From IMG/VR virus record IMGVR_UViG_3300006810_000046, positions 831 to 64,830 of that record: a stretch of DNA of 64,000 nt; one strand, given 5' to 3'. The translations under genes were made by a program, and so were the position numbers. The notes under the pieces were generated by a model, which was not told the origin of the DNA, did not search any database, and worked only from the letters and a program-made list of their open reading frames with translations. The stretch comes from a virus (Duplodnaviria > Caudoviricetes). Numbering within the stretch: the first letter of the stretch is position 1; every line of letters starts with the position of its first letter. Of the stretch, positions 41,663 through 50,918 are shown piece after piece.

Positions 41663-44209
41663 ATGAAAAAAATAAGATATGAAATAAGAAAAATAATTAA
41701 AAAGACCCTTCTTAAAGAGGCACGATTGTTGCTAGAATCTAAAAAGAAGCTTTTTAAAAAGCTTGTAGATCAAGGAAAGCTAAGCCTAGAAGACTTTGAC
41801 TCCATGATTAATCCAAGAAACGGTGGTTTTTCACATCCATTTAACGACGATATTTTTAGATCTATGCTTTTTAATACACTTGAAAAAAGTGAAAATCATT
41901 CGTTTCAAGATATTGTAGCTTTTTATCCAATGATAAAGCAAAAAATAGCTGACCCATTTAGATCCGGAGCAGAATTAAATGTATCTGTTCCCGGGACAGC
42001 AAATGAATCAATAAATCTTGGAGAGCTAATTAAAAATAAGCTAGCTACATACGAAGACTTTAAATCCTACGTAGATATTATCTCCTCTACATCTAATAGA
42101 ACTGAAGTGCTACAAAAAGTCTTAGATGAAGGATTTGCTGGAGACACTCTTCATTTTGAAGTAATTCACGAAGATGACAACTGGATTGTTTGTTACCCAG
42201 ATTCATATCAAGGTTCTATAGCACTTGCTAAAATGGGTCCTGACAAAGTTTTTTATGCTAGTAACGAGGCAAAAATTGGTAAAATGAGCTGGTGTACAAG
42301 TGTAGACGGAAATGGAAACATGTTTTTAAACTATCATAGAAGACTTAATATGCACATGTACTATTGTACAAGAAAAAATGGGTTTAATCCTAGGCATGGT
42401 TCGAGAAAGCTGTGCCTAAGCTTTGTAAAGTCAGGCAACCATATAGCTCTGTCTGATGATAATTATGCAACTGTTGATGGAGACAATAAGTCTCTAAAAG
42501 AGCCAGACTGTATCAAGCTTCTAGGCACAGCTCTATTTGAAAAGATTGAAAAAGATGTTGGCAATCCAGACAGACCTGAAATAGACATTGTTTCGTATTT
42601 TAGCTCTATAAACTTACATCAGTATAGAAACATGAGGGCAGCAGCAAATAACTCAGAAAACGATTTGGAAATGTTTGCAAGTGACATTGAATCCTATCTT
42701 GAATACAATAAAAGCGAAGAAGTTAGAAGAGAGATAGCATCTGATCCGAGTGAAATAGTTCAAAAAGCGTTTGTTATGTCTACATATGCAAGTGCAGATG
42801 AAGTTGAAAGTGTTTTAATGTCAACTAATTCTGAAGAGGTTAAAATTAGCGCAATATATAGAGAGTCAAATTTAAAACATAGAATCGGAACAAATTCCGC
42901 TGAAGGTATTTCCCTCAAAACCAAAATCAGGCTTGCAAAAGAAAACAATCCAAAAGTACTAAGAAGTCTTGCTATCCTGAAAGGAGAACCTGAAGAGCTA
43001 TATTATGAGATCTATGAAGTATCAAAGCCTGACAATTTACATATTATGGAAATCCTGTGCACAAATAAATCATGTCCAATCTCAATACTGCGTGAACTTT
43101 CTTATGCTAAAAAAGCTACAATACTAAGTAACATTGCAAGCAACCCGAAATCAACAAAAGAAATAATTTTAAATGTAATAAAAACTCTCACTGATAATTT
43201 TACTACTTTGCCTGACAGTGAATTTGTTCTTCGGAGTCTTTTTTCTAATCTTCACACTCCTGAAGAGTTTATAAACTATCACATTAAAAATGGATCTCCT
43301 GATCTCAAATACACTATTAGCTATAGTGCTCGTAAATTGCCAAGAGAGACAATTATAACCTTGCTCAGAGACACAGATGAAAATGTTAGATACGGAGCTG
43401 TAAATAGAAAGGATTTAGACACTGATGTTGTTGAAATGTTTTTAAATGATCCAGACAGCTTTATAAGATCAGGTCTAGCAGGACAGCCTAGCCTAAGTCA
43501 GTCAGCAATTCTAAAGCTTTCTCGAGATAGAATAAAGACTGTAAGATGTGCCATTGCTCAGAATCCAATAATAGGACCTGATATACAGATGGTTTTGGCA
43601 AAAGACAAAACAAATTCAGTAAAGGCATGTCTTGCAAACAACACCTCAATAACTCTTGAGGCGGCAAAAGAAATAGCAAAGTCCCAAGATAAAAATATAT
43701 TATCCAAAATTGCCATGAATGATAAACTGCCTGAAGAAGTAGCTGACGATCTTCTTTTATCACATCCTGGAATGGCAGAAATATTTAAAATGAACTTAAT
43801 TATTAATCATACACCTAGTTCAAAAGCAATTGATTTATTTTATGAAAGTATCAAAAACAACTCAGCTTTGTTAAATAAATTTGTTGGCTTGATTTCTAGC
43901 TGTAGAAAAACACCTGAAAATGTTTTGCTCGACATTCTTGGTTCCGAAAACCTAAGTGAAGAAGTCAGGTCTCGTGTTGCTTTAAATGTGGATGCGTTGA
44001 CTCCTGCTATATATGAGATTTTATTTTCCGACCCAGTAGAACAAGTTAGACTGTTTATTGCAAAGTGGACAGACGGTCGACCTAGAAGCGTAATTGAGTA
44101 TTTGAGAGATAATGACCCTAGTGCTATTGTAAGAGAAGAGGCAAGAAGATCTCTTGGAGAAAAATCTCTTGAAGATTCAGACAGAGACCTCGAGGATCCA
44201 CCAGTATGA
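41663..44209 (+). CDS. Large protein with WCTS domain and LRV/HEAT-like repeats (paralog B)
   Basis: Shares VLQ.VLD.GF.GD, MGPDK, SWCTS and MFLNYHR.LNMHMYY with 38547..40961. Repeats IASNP, VRCAIAQNP and VR..VA.N. Leader MKKIRYEIRKIIKK. Confidence 0.75.
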   Translation: MKKIRYEIRKIIKKTLLKEARLLLESKKKLFKKLVDQGKLSLEDFDSMINPRNGGFSHPFNDDIFRSMLFNTLEKSENHSFQDIVAFYPMIKQKIADPFRSGAELNVSVPGTANESINLGELIKNKLATYEDFKSYVDIISSTSNRTEVLQKVLDEGFAGDTLHFEVIHEDDNWIVCYPDSYQGSIALAKMGPDKVFYASNEAKIGKMSWCTSVDGNGNMFLNYHRRLNMHMYYCTRKNGFNPRHGSRKLCLSFVKSGNHIALSDDNYATVDGDNKSLKEPDCIKLLGTALFEKIEKDVGNPDRPEIDIVSYFSSINLHQYRNMRAAANNSENDLEMFASDIESYLEYNKSEEVRREIASDPSEIVQKAFVMSTYASADEVESVLMSTNSEEVKISAIYRESNLKHRIGTNSAEGISLKTKIRLAKENNPKVLRSLAILKGEPEELYYEIYEVSKPDNLHIMEILCTNKSCPISILRELSYAKKATILSNIASNPKSTKEIILNVIKTLTDNFTTLPDSEFVLRSLFSNLHTPEEFINYHIKNGSPDLKYTISYSARKLPRETIITLLRDTDENVRYGAVNRKDLDTDVVEMFLNDPDSFIRSGLAGQPSLSQSAILKLSRDRIKTVRCAIAQNPIIGPDIQMVLAKDKTNSVKACLANNTSITLEAAKEIAKSQDKNILSKIAMNDKLPEEVADDLLLSHPGMAEIFKMNLIINHTPSSKAIDLFYESIKNNSALLNKFVGLISSCRKTPENVLLDILGSENLSEEVRSRVALNVDALTPAIYEILFSDPVEQVRLFIAKWTDGRPRSVIEYLRDNDPSAIVREEARRSLGEKSLEDSDRDLEDPPV

Positions 44210-44430
44210 AAAAAATAAGACATGAAATAAGAAAGACTATTAAAGAAATTTTAAATCCTTATGAAAAGCATAAAGATCAAAAGTACGAAAAGTCAAATAA
44301 GAAAAATACACATTTGGATAAGCCCACGTCCCACAGTTATATGAGCGGAGAAAACAAAGATTGGCTTGGAAAAGGACCTGTTAATAAAGTCATATATGAC
44401 TATTTAAAATCAATGGGAATGATAGAATGA
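44206..44430 (+). CDS. Small hypothetical protein with IRKTIKE leader
   Basis: 74 aa, ATGA overlap with the upstream gene. Its first 39 nt nearly duplicate the start of the 41663 gene. Confidence 0.65.
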   Translation: MKKIRHEIRKTIKEILNPYEKHKDQKYEKSNKKNTHLDKPTSHSYMSGENKDWLGKGPVNKVIYDYLKSMGMIE

Positions 44431-45197
44431 AAAGAAAGACTATTTCAAAATCGCAACAAATAAGAGACATACTTATAAGTGTCCCAGAGAGACTTGAAGG
44501 TCCTTTTAAGCGTGAAATTCTAAAAATCCCTAAGAGCATTTTAATAAGTGAAGTAGGCTCACTTCCAATTAGAGGTGTCATAAATCTTGAAGAAAGAGTA
44601 CCAAGTCTTCTTAGAATAGGCGAGCTTCATTCAACAGGCGGGGTTGAAATAGGAAAAGGGGAGCTTTTGGCAGCTTTGGCTTTTGCAGGCGGGTTTCTAA
44701 ATGTAGAACCTAATGGTCCGTATGATGTCCAGATTCAAGGTGTTCCATGGCATGTAAAGTCTTATAACCCAAATCATGGTCTACGATTTAGTAATAAAGA
44801 TGAACATTCAGTTCGAAACACAGGTATATTTCAACAACTTCCTGAAAGACTTCAATATATAGCTCTCGAAATAAACAATACAGATCTTGTATTAAACATG
44901 CAAAAGTGGTACAAGCAATTTGAGCTTTATGACGAAGACGAAAATTTAATTAAAAGCGACTACCACCTTTTTGATGTCTGGTCTCGACAGTGTGTAAGAG
45001 CTGCTCTGGGTGAGGCAGTTGGCGTTATATGGTATTATAATAATCATTTTGTAGTTTCACATGCAAGAGATTTAATATTTTTTGGCACAACACAGGATGG
45101 CCGTATAGTTCTTAAGTGCAACAAGCTTTTTACAAAAGATATGAGGCTAGCAGAACCCTATACATTTGACGACATGAAAGAAAGAGTGCTAGGTTGA
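44427..45197 (+). CDS. Hypothetical protein, possibly PD-(D/E)XK nuclease-like
   Basis: G..IGKGE...YDV......HVKS resembles a GE..D..ExK core with His in place of Glu. Confidence 0.45.
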   Translation: MKRKTISKSQQIRDILISVPERLEGPFKREILKIPKSILISEVGSLPIRGVINLEERVPSLLRIGELHSTGGVEIGKGELLAALAFAGGFLNVEPNGPYDVQIQGVPWHVKSYNPNHGLRFSNKDEHSVRNTGIFQQLPERLQYIALEINNTDLVLNMQKWYKQFELYDEDENLIKSDYHLFDVWSRQCVRAALGEAVGVIWYYNNHFVVSHARDLIFFGTTQDGRIVLKCNKLFTKDMRLAEPYTFDDMKERVLG

Positions 45198-45263
45198 ACT
45201 AAATATTATTTTTGATAACAACTCAATATTTCAAGAATACTTATATGTAAAAGGTGACTTAAG

Positions 45264-45491
45264 ATGATTGATAAAATTTTTACAACTAATGACATAGGTC
45301 TTGCTGCCTATCTCTTAATGAGAGGCGCACAGGTAAAAAGTGTTCAAAACTCTAGACCTTTTGTTTTTGTCTTCTTTGACGAAGATGAAGTTTGCAATAA
45401 ATACTCAATTGAATATTTAAATAGCGAATCTTCAAGATTCGATGATTCGATGAAAAAAATAAAATTAATTTTGAAAAATTCAAAACACTAG
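45264..45491 (+). CDS. Small putative DNA-binding protein (DUF5659-like)
   Basis: FTTNDIGLAAYLL.RG......F.F.F pattern in a 75-aa ORF. Confidence 0.55.
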   Translation: MIDKIFTTNDIGLAAYLLMRGAQVKSVQNSRPFVFVFFDEDEVCNKYSIEYLNSESSRFDDSMKKIKLILKNSKH

Positions 45492-45518
45492 AATATCTAT
45501 TCTTGTTACAGTTCTCCA

Positions 45519-45580
45519 GTTAAGTTATGTTAAGTTAAGTTATGTTAAGTTAAGTTAAGTTAAGTTAAGTTCGTAGTTAA
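45519..45580. repeat. Tandem pentanucleotide array (GTTAW)x10 plus degenerate copies
   Basis: Ten consecutive GTTAA/GTTAT units at 45519-45568, then GTTCG-TA-GTTAA. Confidence 0.9.
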
Positions 45581-45626
45581 AGTTTAAATAAAAAATATAT
45601 AGCGTATTTAACAAACGGAGGATAAT

Positions 45627-47126
45627 ATGGCTATTAGAACACAAATTAGATTGCCTCAAATCACAGGGTCTATAGGAACTGGAAAGGATATTGATGATGC
45701 AATTAACAGTGGGGCTGCAATAGCAGCAGGTGATATCTCAGCGGGAAATCTTTCTGATACTTTGTCTTATATGGCAGCTGCAATCAAAAGAATTCATGGT
45801 GCAGGATCTTTTACAAACTCAGCAGCAGGTGCCTTTGCGCATACAATAGACGTAACAGGAGCTGTAACAGCTTCTCTTGGCGCAAAGATCGATGGCGACC
45901 TAGCTGTAGGCTCGAATGCATCTTTTTCTGGTAATATTGTAATTCCAAACAACGGAAACATCGGGTCTACTGGAGCTACTACTGCTATTTCAATTGATGG
46001 AGATGGTGTTGTTACTTTTGGTGACGATATTGTAATTCCAAACGATGGATATATTGGATCTACTGGAGCTACTACTGCTATTCAGATTTCTAGTTCCGGA
46101 AAAGTTACAATTGCAGGAGATCTTGATATTAATGGTACAACTACAACTATTGATACACAAAATCTAACAATTGAAGATTCAATCATCGGTCTAGGTGTTT
46201 CAGGATCCGACGGTACCTGGACTGATTTAGGCGACAGAGGTATTGTTTTTGCAAAAGGAGCCACTGGCGCTAAATTACCAGCGTTTTATTATGACGGAAC
46301 TGGTGATATCTTTCAATTAGGAAAATCAGCAACTTCTGCGGCATCTGCATCTTTTGCAGCTCCTGCATTTGGAGTATCAGAAAACGACTATCTTAATCTA
46401 AGATTAGCTGGAGTACAGTTTGGATCTGCCAATGACAGAATCGCCTTTACTGGAGCGGGTAGTTTAGATTTGTCAGGTTCTGGTGATACAAATGTGGTCA
46501 CTGCTGGAGATCTAACTGTTAGAACAGAAGGTGGTTTTGATATCGTTTTTCAAAATGATTCAAATACTCTATTTACCTTAGACAATGCTTTTGCTCATGA
46601 GATTGTAGGCTCTTTGACTATTGACGGAGACGGCTCAAATCCAGGCTCTTTGGTTCTTAAAGATAATGATGGCAATGCTACAACTACAATAAAATCGGCT
46701 GGAGATGTAACAACTTATTCGATGCTCTTACCCGCCGGAGTAGGAACATCAGGACAGGTTCTTAGTATTTCAAGTGTTGACGGAAGTGAATTAACATTAG
46801 GCTTCGCAGAACAAGGTGGGGCAGCTAATTCATCAAAGCTTATAAATGAAGTTACAGCCTCTTTAACATCGGGTGATAGACTTTCAGATTCAGTTTCTGC
46901 TTCTAGCTTTGACCTTAGCGCTGTTTCCGAAGCAAATGCATTTAATGCTATCGACGTTTTTGTTAACGGACAATTGTTGCAATCAAGCTCTGTTGCTTTC
47001 GGCGCACTTGCAGGATCTTCAGCAGGTGATTATGCAATCAACACAGATGATTTAGCTTCGTCAGATCTTAAATTTACATTTGATCTTGAGGCAGATGATA
47101 CAGTAACAATTATTGTTAGAGCATAA
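45627..47126 (+). CDS. Virion fibre/structural protein
   Basis: G/A/S/T-rich with the fibre-type motif GDLDINGTTTTIDTQNLTIED and a 31-aa internal duplication. C-terminal DVFVNGQLL...GDY...F.FDLEADD.V. Confidence 0.7.
   Translation: MAIRTQIRLPQITGSIGTGKDIDDAINSGAAIAAGDISAGNLSDTLSYMAAAIKRIHGAGSFTNSAAGAFAHTIDVTGAVTASLGAKIDGDLAVGSNASFSGNIVIPNNGNIGSTGATTAISIDGDGVVTFGDDIVIPNDGYIGSTGATTAIQISSSGKVTIAGDLDINGTTTTIDTQNLTIEDSIIGLGVSGSDGTWTDLGDRGIVFAKGATGAKLPAFYYDGTGDIFQLGKSATSAASASFAAPAFGVSENDYLNLRLAGVQFGSANDRIAFTGAGSLDLSGSGDTNVVTAGDLTVRTEGGFDIVFQNDSNTLFTLDNAFAHEIVGSLTIDGDGSNPGSLVLKDNDGNATTTIKSAGDVTTYSMLLPAGVGTSGQVLSISSVDGSELTLGFAEQGGAANSSKLINEVTASLTSGDRLSDSVSASSFDLSAVSEANAFNAIDVFVNGQLLQSSSVAFGALAGSSAGDYAINTDDLASSDLKFTFDLEADDTVTIIVRA
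45935..46083 (+). repeat. Intragenic duplication with a 93-nt period
   Basis: TATTGTAATTCCAAAC...TCTACTGGAGCTACTACTGCTATT at about 45935 and 46028, encoding IVIPN.G.IGSTGATTAI twice. Confidence 0.8.
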
Positions 47127-47159
47127 TATTATAATACTTTCTATTTTGCTCGTAAGCTT

Positions 47160-47188
47160 AAACCAGACTCTTTTGAGTCTGGTTTTTT
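47160..47188 (+). terminator. Rho-independent terminator
   Basis: AAACCAGACTC-TTTT-GAGTCTGGTTT followed by a T-run. Confidence 0.85.
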
Positions 47189-47238
47189 ATTAACAATGTC
47201 CTATTTATATTTAAAATAGAAAATAAAAGGAGTAAAAT

Positions 47239-47538
47239 ATGAGCAATAATCAAAACAGCGAATATGAATCAATTAAAGAAATAGTTGAAAAATCGTTTGA
47301 AGAAAGTATGGCAAAATCACTTCTTCAAACTTCTGCTTTCATAGATCAGGTTTTAATTGAAATATCTTCTGACGAATATAAAAAAGAAAATATTGTTAAA
47401 AGTCTTGTAAATCTTAAATCTTTTATAGACGCATCTACTTTTGAATATAAAGTTAAATCATTAATTTTTCAAAAAGAAAAAATTAAAAAAAAAGAGAAAG
47501 AAGCATCAAAAGAATTAGAGAGTCAAAAAGAAAAATAG
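47239..47538 (+). CDS. Hypothetical protein
   Basis: 99 aa with RBS AAGGAG. Confidence 0.6.
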   Translation: MSNNQNSEYESIKEIVEKSFEESMAKSLLQTSAFIDQVLIEISSDEYKKENIVKSLVNLKSFIDASTFEYKVKSLIFQKEKIKKKEKEASKELESQKEK

Positions 47539-47572
47539 GAGAAAGACCTGTGCCGTTAAAGGAGAAAAGAAA

Positions 47573-47806
47573 ATGATTAATTTAACATTGATGTTTTTAT
47601 CTTTTTATATTTTTTTATGCTTTCAATACTACACTGTGTTTCATTTTCAAAATACACTTTTAGAGGTTATGTATCAAAATGCAAGTAGCAAAAATAGAAA
47701 TGAAATTAAAAATATAAAAACAAAAGTTGAAAAAAAAATTAAACTACACATAGTTTTATTTTGGCCTGTTTTTGAGATTTACTTCTTTATTAAAAGAAAA
47801 AAATGA
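47573..47806 (+). CDS. Small membrane protein
   Basis: Two hydrophobic segments and RBS AAGGAG. Confidence 0.5.
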   Translation: MINLTLMFLSFYIFLCFQYYTVFHFQNTLLEVMYQNASSKNRNEIKNIKTKVEKKIKLHIVLFWPVFEIYFFIKRKK

Positions 47807-48462
47807 GAGAAGAAATATTACATTTAGGATATTTAAACCTTAGACTTTCAAGAGAACAATCAAGAAAAGAAGAAGGCGATCAAGATATAAAAATAAGAAT
47901 TCATTCTTTGCATATTAATGGTGAAATATCCCTAGAAGAAGAAAAGCCAACAACACAAACTTATAACAATCATGGCATTTTAAACACACCTCCAGCACCA
48001 AAGGTAGACGAAGTTCCTAAATGGGCAAAGAAAATTGAAAGAGAAATATTAAAAAGAACTCATCCTGATAAGCTTTTTGGAATGACAGATGATGAGAAGA
48101 AAGAAAGAAAAGAACTTCTTTTAGACGCTCAGAAAAAGATGAATAGCAAGAAGTTTGCTGATATTCTTCCTATAGCACTTACTTTAGGAATAAACATATC
48201 TAAGTTTGAAGAAAATTTTCTAAGTGACATACAAAAAAGAATCTCTGGAATTGAAAAAAAAATAAGATTAATTCAAAGTTCAATAGGCTGGAAATGGATT
48301 GACCTAAGCGAAAATCAAAAAATTATGGCAATTGATGCAATATTAAAACAATCAGGAATAGAAAAAACGAAAGATGAGATTAAAAATGTAGTCAACAAAA
48401 GAATAAAAAGAAAAACTGGAACAAGACCTCTAACGCGTAAAGAAATAAAAAAACAAAAATAG
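47803..48462 (+). CDS. J-domain-like protein
   Basis: REILKRTHPDKL contains an HPD motif in a helical context. Confidence 0.5.
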   Translation: MREEILHLGYLNLRLSREQSRKEEGDQDIKIRIHSLHINGEISLEEEKPTTQTYNNHGILNTPPAPKVDEVPKWAKKIEREILKRTHPDKLFGMTDDEKKERKELLLDAQKKMNSKKFADILPIALTLGINISKFEENFLSDIQKRISGIEKKIRLIQSSIGWKWIDLSENQKIMAIDAILKQSGIEKTKDEIKNVVNKRIKRKTGTRPLTRKEIKKQK

Positions 48463-48490
48463 TGTAAATGTTATATCCTTTTATTAAAAT
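48462..48490 (+). promoter_or_regulatory. Class A promoter
   Basis: GTGTAA-N17-TAAAAT upstream of the glycosylase operon. Confidence 0.65.
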
Positions 48491-48523
48491 AAAATAAAAA
48501 CAAATTATAAAAGGAGTTACACC

Positions 48524-49348
48524 ATGCCAGAAGGCCCAGAAGTTAAAATAACAACAGATTTTCTTAAAAAATTTATTGGAAAAGAATTTAGCAACTTAGA
48601 AATACTATCAGGAAGATATGCTAAAAAAGGTGAGGTCCCTGGATTGTCTGATGTTTTTCTTCCTGCAAAGATAGTTGACGTTAATTGCAAAGGAAAGTTT
48701 ATTTATTTTACAATGCAATATAAAGTGAATGAAACATGTGCGAAAGTATTTCATATGTTTAGTACGCTAGGGATGACAGGAATGTGGTCACAAGAAAAAA
48801 CAAAACATTCTCGTTTTTCAATTTTATTTGATGACGAAACATATCTTTATTATAATGACGTCCGAAACTTTGGAACGCTAAAATTTGTTCATCAAACATC
48901 AGAGCTTAACAAGAAACTATCTTCGCTAGGTCCCGATATGCTTTCTGAGACTTTAACAAAAGACGAGTTTAAATCAAGACTTTTAAAAAGAAAAAAGAAA
49001 ACAATTGTCGAAGCACTAATGGATCAATCCGTTGTCTCTGGGGTTGGCAATTATTTAAAATCGGAAACTTTATATGCTGCTGGTATTAAACCATCAAGAA
49101 CTGTAGAAAGTTTAACAGAAGCTGAATTTGACAATCTAAATAAATCTATACATAATATTATAAGAGTTTCATACAACCAGGGTGGCGCTACAATTAAAAA
49201 CTATAGACAACCCAATGGAAAAAGTGGTGTCTTTAGTAGAAGATTTGCAGTATACAATTGTAAAACTGATCCTTATAATAATATAATTGTAAAGGAAAAA
49301 ACAAAGGATGGGCGCTCAACTTTTTGGGTACCTGAATTACAAAAATAA
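48524..49348 (+). CDS. mutM: Fpg/Nei DNA glycosylase with a zinc-less finger
   Basis: MPEGPEV catalytic N-terminus, KGKF, LGMTG, D.RNFG, LGPD, H2TH LMDQ..VSGVGNY and C-terminal GRSTFW.P..Q lacking the four-Cys zinc finger. Confidence 0.88.
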   Translation: MPEGPEVKITTDFLKKFIGKEFSNLEILSGRYAKKGEVPGLSDVFLPAKIVDVNCKGKFIYFTMQYKVNETCAKVFHMFSTLGMTGMWSQEKTKHSRFSILFDDETYLYYNDVRNFGTLKFVHQTSELNKKLSSLGPDMLSETLTKDEFKSRLLKRKKKTIVEALMDQSVVSGVGNYLKSETLYAAGIKPSRTVESLTEAEFDNLNKSIHNIIRVSYNQGGATIKNYRQPNGKSGVFSRRFAVYNCKTDPYNNIIVKEKTKDGRSTFWVPELQK

Positions 49349-49361
49349 AAAAGGAGAAAAT

Positions 49362-49580
49362 ATGACAAAATTAAAACTAACAGATGAAGTCGTCGCACAC
49401 ATTGTTCAATTATTACAAATTGGGCTTCTTGAAGGAACAGATATCTCAGATCATTTTCGAAGAATTGAATTGTCGAGTGACGAAGACGGAATGTTGTACT
49501 TAACTGAAGAATACGAGAAGACATTTCAAGAGTCATTAGAAAAAATGAAAGAGTTTATTGAAGAACAAAAAGGTGAGTAG
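49362..49580 (+). CDS. Hypothetical protein
   Basis: Likely start ATG 49362 after AAGGAG; begins MTKLKLTDEVVAHIVQLLQ. Confidence 0.65.
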   Translation: MTKLKLTDEVVAHIVQLLQIGLLEGTDISDHFRRIELSSDEDGMLYLTEEYEKTFQESLEKMKEFIEEQKGE

Positions 49581-49582
49581 GC

Positions 49583-49957
49583 ATGGATTGTAAACTTGAA
49601 GCAATGTTTAAAATGAGAAAAGATTTCATTGACAGACTTGAAAAAGAGATACCTGGAAGTTATCCTAATGTTCCTGTTGATATTTCCACAAAGTCTGGTC
49701 AAAAGCTTTGTAGGGAGCTAGCTCTGAAAGGAGTTGAAGAAATGTTTGAAGCGCTACAACATTTAAAAAACTGGAAGGACCATAAGCTAACTGACGTTCC
49801 AGATGTCGATGCTGAAGAGTACCTTGAAGAAATTGTTGATGCTTTTAACTACTTCTTTTCTTTAATTATTGCTTCAGGTTTTAGCCATGATGATCTTTTT
49901 TCTGCATACGTTAAAAAAGACAAAAAAATACACGAAAGACTAACAAATAAATACTAG
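49583..49957 (+). CDS. All-alpha NTP pyrophosphatase (dimeric dUTPase/dCTPase-like)
   Basis: EEMFEA...NWK.HK and EEIVDAFNYF acidic motifs; C-terminal Y.KK.....ER...Y. Confidence 0.7.
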   Translation: MDCKLEAMFKMRKDFIDRLEKEIPGSYPNVPVDISTKSGQKLCRELALKGVEEMFEALQHLKNWKDHKLTDVPDVDAEEYLEEIVDAFNYFFSLIIASGFSHDDLFSAYVKKDKKIHERLTNKY

Positions 49958-49964
49958 GTGACAA

Positions 49965-50918
49965 ATGACATTCAAAGAAATGATGAACAAGCAATTAGAA
50001 TACAATAAAAAAATAGTCGGAAGATCCGATCAATTATCGCAGGAACTAAAGGAAAAGATAACACAAGAAAACGTATTATGCGCACATGCTGAACTCAGTG
50101 CATTAGTTAATGCAACAAACTATAAAAATCATCACCAACACTCAGAGCCTGTTGCCAATAGAAAAACTGTTCTTTACGAGACTGTTGACGTTATTAGATA
50201 TATGATGGCAACATTAAACACATGGGGAATTACCCCAAAAGAGTTTGAAAGCGCCTTTGATAAAAAAGATATTTATCTTAATAAGCTTCATGAGTTTCAA
50301 CAAAAAAAATGGAACAAAGATCAACCTGTAGTTATTGTCGATATTGACGATGTTCTTGCAGAATTTAGATCTGGTTTTGCTGAGTGGCTTGGTAAAAACT
50401 TTAATATTGATGTTGATTTAAATACAAAAGAATATTACTTTATAAGTGCACTCTCCAAAATAGACATGAACTCAGAAGCTGTGTTTAAAATGTTTTTAAA
50501 TGAAGGCGGCTTTGCAAATCTTAGTGTAAATACTTCTACACTGGAGCTTTTGCATCAGCTAAAACATCGTGGATATTGGATTCATTTACTTACAGCGCGA
50601 CCCGAGGAAGAACTACAATGTTTATATGATACTTATTACTGGATTTGGCAGCAAAACATTCCATGTGATGCAATCTCATTTTCACCTGAAAAATTTAGAT
50701 GGTGTGCTAAGTCGCAGTACTATGATGAAGGCGCTATCAGACTTGCTATTGATGATGCTCCTAAGCACGCAGAAGATTATGCCAAGCACGGTATAAAGTG
50801 TTTTGTTCCTCAAAAACCGTATAATGAATACCTTGATGATAAAAACATTTTTCTTTTTAAGGACTATTATCACATAACCAATCTACTAATGACACAGGGG
50901 TTAATAAAAGAACGATGA
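49965..50918 (+). CDS. Fusion of an all-alpha NTP-pyrophosphatase-like domain and a HAD 5'(3')-deoxyribonucleotidase-like domain
   Basis: N-terminal HAELS.L...NYK.H and YETVDVIRY. C-terminal HAD motifs VDIDDVL, LTARP and IDDAP. Confidence 0.7.
   Translation: MTFKEMMNKQLEYNKKIVGRSDQLSQELKEKITQENVLCAHAELSALVNATNYKNHHQHSEPVANRKTVLYETVDVIRYMMATLNTWGITPKEFESAFDKKDIYLNKLHEFQQKKWNKDQPVVIVDIDDVLAEFRSGFAEWLGKNFNIDVDLNTKEYYFISALSKIDMNSEAVFKMFLNEGGFANLSVNTSTLELLHQLKHRGYWIHLLTARPEEELQCLYDTYYWIWQQNIPCDAISFSPEKFRWCAKSQYYDEGAIRLAIDDAPKHAEDYAKHGIKCFVPQKPYNEYLDDKNIFLFKDYYHITNLLMTQGLIKER

Noticed and set aside
45519-45580. CRISPR array
   Set aside because: The 5-bp units have no spacers, and no cas genes or repeat-spacer arrays are visible in the window.
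38547-47126. Diversity-generating retroelement explaining the paralogs and repeats
   Set aside because: No reverse transcriptase is present, and no template/variable repeat pair with adenine-specific mismatches was seen.
48524-49348. Eukaryotic giant-virus origin suggested by the zinc-less Fpg/Nei
   Set aside because: Shine-Dalgarno sites, sigma70-like promoters, intrinsic terminators, an amidase endolysin and T4-like structural genes all indicate a bacteriophage.
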